NCBI GenBank assembly: GCA_028278605.1
Contig: JANQEB010000012.1
Location: 1-41,351, forward strand
Direction of reading: 5' to 3'
Length of the DNA: 41,351 bases
Origin: Candidatus Gastranaerophilales bacterium
GTDB taxonomy: Bacteria; Cyanobacteriota; Vampirovibrionia; Gastranaerophilales; UBA9971
Position 1 is the first letter of the stretch. Each line of letters opens with the position of its first letter. The notes under the pieces are model-generated. The model made no database searches, was not told the DNA's origin, and worked only from the letters and a program-made list of their open reading frames with translations. This document shows positions 7,943 to 16,913 of the stretch, in pieces. The translations under genes and the position numbers were made by a program.

Positions 7943-8158
7943 ATGTCTTCAAGCACTTTGATAACAGCGATAGATGCTCAGTTAGCGATTCTGATTGCTG
8001 ACCCTACTAAAATAGCTGACTGGCAAGAAGGTGATGTTAAATTTAATGCGTCACAGATGATACGTGAGCTCAGGATGCTGCGCAAACAATTACTTGATGG
8101 TCAAGATGCTGACATCTCAATAATGGAGTTTGCTCCAAATATAAGACAGTTTGGATAA
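7943..8158 (+). CDS. Putative head-tail connector / head completion protein
   Basis: 71 aa, RBS 'ggggag', first gene of the connector block. Confidence 0.35.
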   Translation: MSSSTLITAIDAQLAILIADPTKIADWQEGDVKFNASQMIRELRMLRKQLLDGQDADISIMEFAPNIRQFG

Positions 8159-8169
8159 GGATATAAACC

Positions 8170-8568
8170 ATGACACTTGCTAATAACTGGAAAAGTCAAT
8201 TTGAAAGCGCATTGTCACATATTGGTTTTGGTGAAACGTTTACAGTTAAAACTTTAGATGCTGCTTATGGTGATACTGGAATTGGCACAAAAGCTTATAG
8301 CGGTTCAGATACATTCACAGGTGACTGGCAAAGCATGAACGGTGATACAAGAAGGGCTGAAGCTGGTTTAGAACAAAAAAGCGATTTCTTTATAATTGCA
8401 CACAAAGATAGTGTGACAGATGCATTAAATGAATCAGGTGGTGATTTAATTGTTAAGACCGGAGATTTTGCAGGAACATATACAGTTAACTATATAAACA
8501 GATACAACAGTCATAATACAGTATTTGTACATAAAACTAAAGCTGAAGACATCGGCACTATAAGTTAA
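8170..8568 (+). CDS. Putative head-tail adaptor protein
   Basis: 132 aa, synteny before the HK97 gp10-like gene. Confidence 0.35.
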   Translation: MTLANNWKSQFESALSHIGFGETFTVKTLDAAYGDTGIGTKAYSGSDTFTGDWQSMNGDTRRAEAGLEQKSDFFIIAHKDSVTDALNESGGDLIVKTGDFAGTYTVNYINRYNSHNTVFVHKTKAEDIGTIS

Positions 8569-8595
8569 GGAAAGTTAATTTAAAGAAAGTTAATC
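8566..8595 (+). repeat. 15-bp tandem repeat 'taaggaaagttaatt' / 'taaagaaagttaatc' upstream of ATG 8598
   Basis: 13 of 15 positions identical between adjacent units. Confidence 0.8.
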
Positions 8596-8597
8596 TA

Positions 8598-8981
8598 ATG
8601 GCACGTGCATTTGTAACAGGTGAAAATGAAGTAATAAATAATATTTTACGTGCTGCTGATAAGATGATAGACAAGGTAGCAGATGCTACAGAGCGCACTA
8701 CAATTGACGTAGCTAACCATGCAAAGGCTAACCATGAACGAGATAGCGCACATACTAAAGGGCGTTTTGAAACACAGACAGGTACACTTGTTAGATCGAT
8801 TGATCAAGATTTGATGGTCACTGTAAAAGAGATAAAAGGAGTAGTATTTACAAATGTAGTATACGCACCTATCTTAGAATTTGGGACGGTTGATCGTTTT
8901 CCTTGGCCTTTTATGTATCCTGCTTTACGTGCCATGCAAAATAAATTTAATGTTAGGCTAAAAGAAGCATTGAAAGAATAA
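8598..8981 (+). CDS. HK97 gp10-like head-tail joining protein
   Basis: 'TGTLVRSI' and 'VVYAPILEFGT' are typical of the HK97 gp10 family. Confidence 0.6.
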   Translation: MARAFVTGENEVINNILRAADKMIDKVADATERTTIDVANHAKANHERDSAHTKGRFETQTGTLVRSIDQDLMVTVKEIKGVVFTNVVYAPILEFGTVDRFPWPFMYPALRAMQNKFNVRLKEALKE

Positions 8982-8995
8982 ACTTGAAAGAATAA
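8970..8995 (+). repeat. 12-bp direct repeat 'ttgaaagaataa' x2 (14-bp period) duplicating the last codons and stop of the preceding gene
   Basis: 8970-8981 and 8984-8995 are identical. Confidence 0.9.
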
Positions 8996-8998
8996 GCC

Positions 8999-9412
8999 AT
9001 GAATGAAATTGACGAGCACATTTATAAAACGTTGAAAGCTGACACCACCTTGCGTAGCTTGTTAAGTAAAGTGGCTGACCCTTATGGTATTTATTTTTTT
9101 ATGCCACCTGTTCAACCACCTTTACCAATAGTTACATACAGACCTGAAACCGTTATTAATGACGGTGGTATAAATGAGCTGCCAAGACAAGAAGAATATT
9201 TGTTAACTGTATATGGTGATAATTTTAATGCTGTTCTTGAAGGCGTGTATGATGCACTACAAAATAATACAGACTTAAGTACTTATATATCAGTACCTAC
9301 ATTATCATTGCTAATGCTTAAGTGGACTTGGACCGGTAGTGTTATGTATGATGAAAATTTTAAAGTTTACTTTAGACCGTCACGCTTTACAGTGAAATAC
9401 GCAAGACTGTAA
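8999..9412 (+). CDS. Tail completion / tail terminator protein (DUF3168-like)
   Basis: The N-terminal pattern 'IYKTLKAD...IYFFMPPVQPPLPIVTY' resembles DUF3168, and the synteny fits. Confidence 0.5.
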   Translation: MNEIDEHIYKTLKADTTLRSLLSKVADPYGIYFFMPPVQPPLPIVTYRPETVINDGGINELPRQEEYLLTVYGDNFNAVLEGVYDALQNNTDLSTYISVPTLSLLMLKWTWTGSVMYDENFKVYFRPSRFTVKYARL

Positions 9413-9415
9413 AAC

Positions 9416-10030
9416 ATGCAAGGCTATGATATGGAAAACGCAAAAACTGGTATTTTAGATTCCTACAAGTGGGACAAAGTTAAAAAGGAATATGCATCTA
9501 TTGTTATTGAAAGCCTGTTAAAACATTTACCATCTATAAAAAGTGCTCATGACTTTGGTTGTGGTACTGGGATATATATTGAAGAGTTATTGAAGCATAA
9601 AGTAAAGGTAACTGGTTTTGATTTGAGTCCGAATGCTTTTTATGAAGCAAAAACAAATATGGACAACATACATCAAATAGATGTATCAGGACAAATACCA
9701 GAAGATTTTAAAATGCGTGATTTAAGTTTAGCAATAGAGGTATCAGAACATATACCACCACAAAGAGTACAATTGTTTATAGAAAATTTATGCAATTTAT
9801 CTTCTAAATATATCTTTATGACATCGACAAATAAACCAGGTAAGTACCATTTAAATCCGCAACCAAAAAAATACTGGATAAAAAAAATTGAAGATATCGG
9901 TACACATTATCATTCGCCAACTTTATCAAATGAATTAATGGAGATATATAAAAAATCAATTCCTGACAAGCATGGTTTATTATGGTTTAAATATGACCTT
10001 ATGATTTTTATTAGGAATTTAAGAGTATGA
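9416..10030 (+). CDS. Class I SAM-dependent methyltransferase
   Basis: Motif I 'DFGCGTGIYIEEL' and post-I 'VTGFDLS'. No DNA-MTase DPPY/PCQ motifs seen. Confidence 0.65.
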   Translation: MQGYDMENAKTGILDSYKWDKVKKEYASIVIESLLKHLPSIKSAHDFGCGTGIYIEELLKHKVKVTGFDLSPNAFYEAKTNMDNIHQIDVSGQIPEDFKMRDLSLAIEVSEHIPPQRVQLFIENLCNLSSKYIFMTSTNKPGKYHLNPQPKKYWIKKIEDIGTHYHSPTLSNELMEIYKKSIPDKHGLLWFKYDLMIFIRNLRV

Positions 10031-10365
10031 GTAAACGAAAAAAAATATTATGGTTTTGCTATTCTGTTAATTGGGCTTATGAGATTCGCACACATAACCT
10101 AATAAGGTTATTACCTGAATATGATCACACAGTAATGTATCCGGTTAAGCGCCTTGAAATAATTGAAGGCATTATAGCTGAACATGATATAGTTATTTGT
10201 TGGGACAAATTCCATTACAAAGATATTAAGGAAAAACATAAAATCATACAGTGTTTTCCTGGTATGAGAATGTTTGAAAAAATAATGGAAAATGAAATTA
10301 ATAGCATTGAACCTTTAAAAAGAGAATATACAGACCAGCATAAAAAGCTGCTTGGACCAACTTGA
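10027..10365 (+). CDS. Hypothetical protein, possibly a glycosyltransferase N-terminal-domain fragment
   Basis: ATGA overlap with the methyltransferase stop. The 'KKILWFCYSVNWAYEIR' pattern resembles a GT-B N-terminus. Confidence 0.3.
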   Translation: MSKRKKILWFCYSVNWAYEIRTHNLIRLLPEYDHTVMYPVKRLEIIEGIIAEHDIVICWDKFHYKDIKEKHKIIQCFPGMRMFEKIMENEINSIEPLKREYTDQHKKLLGPT

Positions 10366-10366
10366 T

Positions 10367-10384
10367 TTATATGGTACGATATGA
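10367..10384. promoter_or_regulatory. 18-bp motif variant (TTATATGGTACGATATGA) overlapping the glycosyltransferase start codon
   Basis: 16 of 18 match. Confidence 0.55.
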
Positions 10385-11427
10385 CAATTAATAAGAACAA
10401 GTACACTGTTTTGTCAATTGAAAATTCCTATGTATGGTCATGGTCTTTTGGTCTTATAGCCTTGAAGGATGTTATGGATTATGATTTTATTCGAATTAAA
10501 AGAATACCAGCATGTAGAATTCCTATTGATTTGGTGAAATACTTTGATATAACATTATTACAAAACCTTGATACAATAAAACAGATTCAAAGTGATTATA
10601 AAAAGGTAATTGCAAGGATAGGGGGAATGGTGATTGATGACAAGAATAAAGCTGACAGACATAATTTAGCACTTAACAAAGTAGGTGCTGTGATTGCCAC
10701 CAATAATCAGTTATATGAAATAGGAAAGACTGTTAATGGTAAGACTTTTTTAATCCCAAATGGCGTAGACCTTGATTTGTTTTATCCCAAAGAAAAGAGT
10801 CCATACCAGAAAGATCAAAGGGAAAATTTTACTGTTGGTTTTGCTGGTAATATATGGGGACCGGGACAAATATATAAAGGATGGAATTATTATTCTAAAG
10901 CAATTGATAGATTGATAGGTGAAGTTGATCATTATGAGGTACTCTTTGATTATAACCAGCTTGAACATGATGATATGCCAGAAAAGTTTTTTCATAAAAT
11001 TGATTGTTTAATATTACCATCTAAAGGTGAAGGTTGTTCGAATATAACAATGGAAGCTTTGGCGTGTGGTGTTCCGGTTCTTACAACAAAAGTAGGTTTT
11101 CATGGTGAAATGTTAAAAAATGGTGTTGATTGTCTTTTTATAGAACGAAATGTTGCTGACATAGTTGAAAAGGTTTTAAAGCTAAGAGGCAGCAAGAAGC
11201 TTCAAGAAACACTGTCTAAAAATGGTCGTGAGTTTGCAGAAAAAAACCATGACATAAGAATGATAGCAAGGATGTATGATCAAGTTTTTAAAACAGTTTT
11301 AAATAATACACGTAGAAAAGTAAATCGTGAAGCAAATGAAAGATTGGCTGAAAATAAAAGATTAAAAAGCAAAAAGAAAAGAAGACGCAAGATAAATAAA
11401 TTTGATGGTAAATCAAGAGTTAAATAA
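10381..11427 (+). CDS. Glycosyltransferase, GT-B fold (GT4 / glycos_transf_1-like)
   Basis: 'LPSKGEGCSNITMEALACGVPVLTT' is the canonical EX7E region. Lys/Arg-rich C-terminal tail. Confidence 0.7.
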   Translation: MTINKNKYTVLSIENSYVWSWSFGLIALKDVMDYDFIRIKRIPACRIPIDLVKYFDITLLQNLDTIKQIQSDYKKVIARIGGMVIDDKNKADRHNLALNKVGAVIATNNQLYEIGKTVNGKTFLIPNGVDLDLFYPKEKSPYQKDQRENFTVGFAGNIWGPGQIYKGWNYYSKAIDRLIGEVDHYEVLFDYNQLEHDDMPEKFFHKIDCLILPSKGEGCSNITMEALACGVPVLTTKVGFHGEMLKNGVDCLFIERNVADIVEKVLKLRGSKKLQETLSKNGREFAEKNHDIRMIARMYDQVFKTVLNNTRRKVNREANERLAENKRLKSKKKRRRKINKFDGKSRVK

Positions 11428-11467
11428 TTACAACAGGCAATAATAACAAAACATAGGAGTAGATAAA

Positions 11468-12013
11468 ATGGCAGCAGAAACCGAAAATGTAACGCTTGGA
11501 AGTGGCGTATTGTACTTAAACAATGTTGATGTAGGTCATTTAAAAGGTGACGTAGAATTAACAATGGCACGTGAGCAGCTTGAATTTAAACCTTCAAATA
11601 TGACAGGTGCGGTAAAATCATTTATTATAGGTGAAAATATTCAGCTTAAGGCTTCAGTTGCAGAACTAAACCTTGACAATATAAAATTAGCCTATGGTGT
11701 GACAACAGCTATACAGGCAAGCCTCACGTCATTATCATATGATCCTTCAAGTTTTTCCTTTGGTGGCAATTCATATGATGCGCTTACGATTGGTGGCAGC
11801 AAGACACAGAATGAAGTACCATTGCGATTTGAGCACACCAGACCAAACGGTAATAAAGTAGTAGTAATTTTCTATAACGCTGTATCAATTACTGAGCTGG
11901 TTGTACCCTTTAAAGAGGTTGATATCACAATGTACGATGTTGTGTTTAAAGGTCTTGCAGATGAAGACCGGTCAGAAGGTGACATGGTAGGCGTGTTGCT
12001 TGAAGGTGTTTAA
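11468..12013 (+). CDS. Major tail protein
   Basis: 181 aa, strong RBS 'ataggag', directly upstream of the chaperone and tape measure genes, terminator-like hairpin downstream. Confidence 0.6.
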   Translation: MAAETENVTLGSGVLYLNNVDVGHLKGDVELTMAREQLEFKPSNMTGAVKSFIIGENIQLKASVAELNLDNIKLAYGVTTAIQASLTSLSYDPSSFSFGGNSYDALTIGGSKTQNEVPLRFEHTRPNGNKVVVIFYNAVSITELVVPFKEVDITMYDVVFKGLADEDRSEGDMVGVLLEGV

Positions 12014-12020
12014 CAATGGT

Positions 12021-12058
12021 AGGGACTGGTGTCTATACTGAGCCGGTCCTTATTTCTA
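12021..12058 (+). terminator. Probable leaky intrinsic terminator after the major tail gene
   Basis: Stem 12023-12029 'ggactgg' with 12043-12049 'ccggtcc' (one G-U pair), then a T-rich tail. Confidence 0.4.
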
Positions 12059-12096
12059 ATATAAAACATTAACAGCCGTAAAAGGGAATAACAATC

Positions 12097-12513
12097 ATGA
12101 CAATAGACAATGACAAGGAAGCTCAAAAAAAAGCAAAACGTTTAATGGAGTTAGGAATTGAAGAGCATAAAATATGTGAAGGCTTGATCATCCATAGCAA
12201 AATGCTTGTTAAAACTATTAGACGTGCTGAAAAAATTTTTCAATGTCCTGTAACTGAGTTTGATAAAATTGATTTAGACAGCTTGGACAATATTGTAAAC
12301 CTGGTATATCTTCTTGCATGGCAGCGTGACAATTCAGTAATAGAAGAAGACATTGAGGACATTTTTGATACACCTGGTAATATTCAAAAAGCCGGTGAAG
12401 TGATACAGAAAATATTTGAAACACATTTAAAAAAAAACACAGACGAAAGCCAATTGGCATTACCGATAGAAACGGAAACAGCAAAGCCAATAAAAGAGAT
12501 AGCGAAAACCTAG
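12097..12513 (+). CDS. Tail assembly chaperone (gpG-like, zero-frame product)
   Basis: 138-aa acidic protein immediately upstream of the tape measure gene. Confidence 0.65.
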   Translation: MTIDNDKEAQKKAKRLMELGIEEHKICEGLIIHSKMLVKTIRRAEKIFQCPVTEFDKIDLDSLDNIVNLVYLLAWQRDNSVIEEDIEDIFDTPGNIQKAGEVIQKIFETHLKKNTDESQLALPIETETAKPIKEIAKT

Positions 12514-12923
12514 ATACTGATTGGCCACAAGTTTTTTATCAGTTATCTTCTGAATTTGGATGGACACCAAACCAGATAGATAATTTAACATGGCAACAAG
12601 TATTGCATTACCTTGAAGAAATTTCTTTATATAGAGAAATTATACCAAGAGCTGAAATAGAAATAAAAAAGATTAGACAAGTTTTATTTTCATTTTTTAA
12701 AGTCAAAGAAAAGAAGACAGGTCATGAATTTGAAAAAGAAATTTCAAATTTTAACAATGCCATTGAAAAGAATAAACGAAAAGATTCTTTTAGTGTACAA
12801 AGACTGCCAGGGTATTTAATTGACAAATGGATTAAAAAGGGTATGCCAAATTTACCAGGTTTTATAAAGCAGCACAATAAGGAAATTGCAGCATACAAAT
12901 CTAAATCTATAAAGATGGAGTAA
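12097..12923 (+). CDS. Tail assembly chaperone -1 frameshift fusion (gpGT-like)
   Basis: I read the -1 frame codon by codon from the A-run to 12923 and found no stop. It encodes 'LDTDWPQVFYQLSSEFGWTPNQIDNLTWQQVLHYL', which is typical of T-extension sequences. Confidence 0.6.
12429..12438 (+). promoter_or_regulatory. -1 programmed ribosomal frameshift slippery site (A9 run, A_AAA_AAC)
   Basis: In the zero frame it reads tta aaa aaa aac. The -1 frame is open from 12420 to 12923, and this is the only slippery run in the overlap. Confidence 0.65.
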
Positions 12924-12929
12924 TTTAAA

Positions 12930-14837
12930 ATGGCTATTGATGCAGGTTCTTTGGTAGCACATGTTGTCAGTGATATAGGCGGTCTTACAAGCGGTTTAAA
13001 AAAAGGTGCTCTCCAAATAAAGCAGTTTTCTGCTGAAACAAATACAAGTTTAAAATCATGGACTGAAACAAACAAGGCACAATTTAAAGCCCTTGGAGTT
13101 GCTGTTGGTGCGTTTGCGGTAGCAGCAGGTATAGCATTAAAAAAGGTATCAGGTGAAGCAATCAAGGCAGCTTCAGACCTTGAAGAAACTACAGCAAAAT
13201 TTGTAACTGTTTTTGGTAGTCAAGCTGAAGAAATGGACAAGGTGACTCAGGAGTTAAGAAAAGGTTATGCTATGTCCACAGAAGAAGCACGAAAAAATTT
13301 AGCAGCCGTTCAAGATTTGCTTGTTCCTATGGGAATGAATAAAAAAGAAGCTGCTGGCCTTTCTTCAGAAATTGTTAAACTAACAGCAGATTTAGGTTCT
13401 TTTAACAATTTACCAACAGCAGATGTGATGCGTGATGTTCAGAGTGCTCTTACTGGTGAATTCCAAACTATGAAAAAATATGGTGTTGTCTTGAATGCTG
13501 CCAATGTAGAACAGGAAGTATTTAATCTTGGACTAGCAAAGACAAAGGATGATATAACCGCAGCCGACAAAGCACAAGCAGCATATAACTTAGTTGTTAA
13601 AGGTTCACAAGCTGCTATCGGTGACATGTCCCGCACTCAAGATAGTTATGCTAATGTAACAAAGAAAACACAAGCACTTCAGAAAGACTTTCTTGCTGCA
13701 CTTGGTAAACAATTTTTGCCAATGGCAACACAGGCAAAGCAAAAATTAATTGAGTGGGCTGAAGCTTCAGGTGGTGTGGGTGAAAAGGCACGTACAGTAG
13801 CTATTTTTATAGTTCAAGGAATGAAAGCTATTACAAATGCTTTTCAAGGTTTTAAAATTTTAGGTGAAGCAGCTATATTGTCAGTAGCCGTAAGAATTGA
13901 AAAGTTTTTAGTGCCATTAAGCTTAATGCTTGATGGTCTTCAAAAGATTGGTGTTATAGACTTTAATCCTTTAACATTGTTTGTAGAGTCAGCTAAAGAA
14001 GGATTAAGAGAAACAGTTGAAGAGACTGAAGCCCTTAACGAAAAGTTTGACAATCTAATATCAACCTTAAGAACAGCTAAAGAAGAGAATGTATTTAAAA
14101 TAAAGCCAGCCATTGAAGGTGAAGATGACGAAGGGGACGAAGACGGTGTTGACAAAGCAATGAAATTCTTAACAGGTGCTACTGTTTCCGAATTTGAAGA
14201 AGCTTTATTAACCTGGGATGGTATAAAACAAACTTTTGCTGACAGTGAATTAGTAAGAGCTGAAGAAGCTGTACGAACTGCTAAAACGTCTGAAGAAAAA
14301 AAGATAGCTATACAAAAAGGTGCAGCAACATTAGCAGCTACCACAGCACAAAATCTTACAAAAATATTAGGTAAAGAATCCAAAGCAGCTTTTCTTATTA
14401 TGCAAGCTGCAAAGGTAGCCGAATCGATTGTTAATGCCTGGGCTGCACATAACCTTGCACTAGCGGTTATTCCACCACCTTTTAATATTGCAGTAGCAAA
14501 TGTTGTTCTAGGTATCGGTCTTGCAGCAGCAGCAACAGAAGCAGCCGTTGGCATACAGGGCTTTCAAGAAGGTGGCGTAACTTTAGGTGCTGGTAGGCAA
14601 GATACTATAGGTCCGGCTATGCTTAGACCAAATGAAGTTATAGCACCATTAGAAAAGCTGCCAGACCTTATACCCAAAATAGTAGTGCCAGGACTTGCAG
14701 AAGGTGCAACAACTGGAAAAGGTGAAATAAATATAACGTTTAGTAACTATGGTAACATCAGGACCGAACAAGACAAAGACGCATTATTTCAAGAAATGGC
14801 AGACATGATAATTGAAAATGTACGTGGTGAAATATAA
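12930..14837 (+). CDS. Tape measure protein
   Basis: 635 aa, Ala-rich, helical, with hydrophobic segments, located after the G/GT pair. Confidence 0.85.
   Translation: MAIDAGSLVAHVVSDIGGLTSGLKKGALQIKQFSAETNTSLKSWTETNKAQFKALGVAVGAFAVAAGIALKKVSGEAIKAASDLEETTAKFVTVFGSQAEEMDKVTQELRKGYAMSTEEARKNLAAVQDLLVPMGMNKKEAAGLSSEIVKLTADLGSFNNLPTADVMRDVQSALTGEFQTMKKYGVVLNAANVEQEVFNLGLAKTKDDITAADKAQAAYNLVVKGSQAAIGDMSRTQDSYANVTKKTQALQKDFLAALGKQFLPMATQAKQKLIEWAEASGGVGEKARTVAIFIVQGMKAITNAFQGFKILGEAAILSVAVRIEKFLVPLSLMLDGLQKIGVIDFNPLTLFVESAKEGLRETVEETEALNEKFDNLISTLRTAKEENVFKIKPAIEGEDDEGDEDGVDKAMKFLTGATVSEFEEALLTWDGIKQTFADSELVRAEEAVRTAKTSEEKKIAIQKGAATLAATTAQNLTKILGKESKAAFLIMQAAKVAESIVNAWAAHNLALAVIPPPFNIAVANVVLGIGLAAAATEAAVGIQGFQEGGVTLGAGRQDTIGPAMLRPNEVIAPLEKLPDLIPKIVVPGLAEGATTGKGEINITFSNYGNIRTEQDKDALFQEMADMIIENVRGEI
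14193..14249 (+). repeat. 57-bp segment of the tape measure gene with a perfect inverted copy at 20540..20596
   Basis: I derived the reverse complement base by base and it is identical to 20540-20596. Confidence 0.95.
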
Positions 14838-14852
14838 CAGGGAAAAATAACA

Positions 14853-15647
14853 ATGGAAAGAATGAAGATAGTGAAAGACGCTTTTGAGTATTCATTAGGC
14901 TATGCCTTTACATTGCGTGACAATAATTTTACTGTACGGTCTAAAATGCAAAAGCGTGCTTTTCAAGATGGTGGTCTTGATATTTCTGATGGTAGAATTG
15001 ATTTTAGAACTATTCGAATTATGGGAATGATACAAGGCACAAGTCGATCTAATTATCTTACTAACATTCGTGCATTTGAGACAGCTATCAATAAACGTGA
15101 TTATCAATTATTTTTTGGAGACCCTGCAACATATGATCATTATGTTAACATAGAAAAACCTTTAAAGATTCGTGTTACTCCAATTGAAGGGCAAGACTAT
15201 GAAGCTTCAATGATAAGAGCTTCATTGTTAGCTGCTGATCCTTATTGGTATTATAAAACAGATGACGACACAACCATAACAGTTGATTCAAGTCCTAAGT
15301 CTGGAACGGTGGCAAACAATGGCAATGTAGATGCATATCCAGTCATAACAGTGACAGCAGATACAACCATAACTTCTTTACAGATTGAGAATGAAACGGA
15401 TGTACCTGAAGGTGAATCAGATGGTTTACAATTTACATATGCTGACAATGCTTTTTTTAATACTGATGAATTAATTATTGATTGTCAAGCTGGAACGGTT
15501 GAAAGGGAGTCATCAAATACCATAAGGTTTTTTGAAGGTGCTTTCTTAAAACTGTTACCAGGAAACAATACAATAACTGTTACCTGTCAGACTTCAGGCG
15601 CAACAACTGTTAAATTTGATTATGCTAAACGTTTCTTGTCACCTTAA
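14853..15647 (+). CDS. Distal tail protein (Dit / siphovirus tail family)
   Basis: 264 aa, first gene after the tape measure gene. Confidence 0.55.
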   Translation: MERMKIVKDAFEYSLGYAFTLRDNNFTVRSKMQKRAFQDGGLDISDGRIDFRTIRIMGMIQGTSRSNYLTNIRAFETAINKRDYQLFFGDPATYDHYVNIEKPLKIRVTPIEGQDYEASMIRASLLAADPYWYYKTDDDTTITVDSSPKSGTVANNGNVDAYPVITVTADTTITSLQIENETDVPEGESDGLQFTYADNAFFNTDELIIDCQAGTVERESSNTIRFFEGAFLKLLPGNNTITVTCQTSGATTVKFDYAKRFLSP

Positions 15648-15651
15648 TATA

Positions 15652-15680
15652 AGAGGTAATTGAATCTGAGAGGTAATTGA
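15652..15680 (+). repeat. 12-bp direct repeat 'agaggtaattga' x2 (17-bp period) containing the SD for GTG 15682
   Basis: 15652-15663 and 15669-15680 are identical. Confidence 0.9.
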
Positions 15681-15681
15681 C

Positions 15682-16896
15682 GTGACGGCTTTTACAAACA
15701 ATCCTTCATATCATGGTTATATACATTTAGGTTCAGGGTATTTAGGTGGTTATGCACCTGTTTATAATCGGCCTGATTATCCTTTGACAGATGGATACAA
15801 TATAATTTTTTATGATAGGGCAGGTCAAAAGGTAGCTGAAATTTCAAGCCAGATTCAAAACACTGTATTGTTAGATTGTTTTTTTGAATTGCTACCTACT
15901 GGTTGCGGTACTTTTCAAATGAAGTTGAGAGGCTTGACAAATGCACTTGAAGATTTAACTTATAATTATAGAATTGACATACATCCTTTTAATGATATTA
16001 ATCCCTGGTATTCAGGATATATAATTGAAAAACCTTTAGCTGGTGACACTTCAAACATCTATACGATTAAAGGCTATGGATATTTTAACCAATTAAAAGA
16101 TATCATGATTGAAGATGACTTTACAAGTGATAGGGTTGATGATATTGTTAAAAGTTTAATGACTTCAGATGTTGAAGATAAAACAGACATAATTTATAAA
16201 GAAATTCGAATTGAAGAAGCAGACTATGTTGTTCAATCTATTTCATGGCAGCATGTTACAGCTAAAGAGGTTATGAAGCAGTTAAGTGAATTAATGTTAG
16301 GTTATGAATTTGGAGTTAATGAATTTAGACAATTTTTCTTTAGACCAAAAGTAACAACCATTCAAGATGAAGCTCAATTATTTGTGGGTAAGCATGTTAA
16401 AAAATTTATACCTAAAGAAAACATTGATAAAGTAAGAAATAGGCTTCACATCTATGGTGGTGAAGTTACCGGTACACCACCTTCTAATTATGTAGCAACA
16501 GTTGAGGATACAGACTCACAAGATACTTATGGATTAAGAGAGGCTAAGTTAACGATTCCATCTGTTTTAGATGCTACTGATGCTGAACAGTGGGGAGATT
16601 TTAAATTGGCAGAATTAAAAGATGCTGAACAATCAGCACGAATTGATGGTGTTGACATAAATATTAAAAAGAAAAAAATAGATGCAAGAGGCAATGCTCG
16701 AATTACTTCAGATGACGGACTAAACGAGTATACATTACCAATTAAAAGTGTGCGATATACGATTAATGCTGATGGTGTAACAGCACGTGTTCAGCTTGGA
16801 AAAAAGGATAAATTGTTTACAGAACTGCAATTAGAACTTCAGCAAGAAATAATTACACAAGAACAGCTAGGAGATCAAAGAGTTTCACAATCATAA
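15682..16896 (+). CDS. Tail-associated protein (Tal / baseplate hub-like)
   Basis: 404 aa, GTG start with SD 'gagagg', synteny after Dit. Confidence 0.45.
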   Translation: MTAFTNNPSYHGYIHLGSGYLGGYAPVYNRPDYPLTDGYNIIFYDRAGQKVAEISSQIQNTVLLDCFFELLPTGCGTFQMKLRGLTNALEDLTYNYRIDIHPFNDINPWYSGYIIEKPLAGDTSNIYTIKGYGYFNQLKDIMIEDDFTSDRVDDIVKSLMTSDVEDKTDIIYKEIRIEEADYVVQSISWQHVTAKEVMKQLSELMLGYEFGVNEFRQFFFRPKVTTIQDEAQLFVGKHVKKFIPKENIDKVRNRLHIYGGEVTGTPPSNYVATVEDTDSQDTYGLREAKLTIPSVLDATDAEQWGDFKLAELKDAEQSARIDGVDINIKKKKIDARGNARITSDDGLNEYTLPIKSVRYTINADGVTARVQLGKKDKLFTELQLELQQEIITQEQLGDQRVSQS

Positions 16897-16913
16897 AATA
16901 GAAAGGTAAAAAA

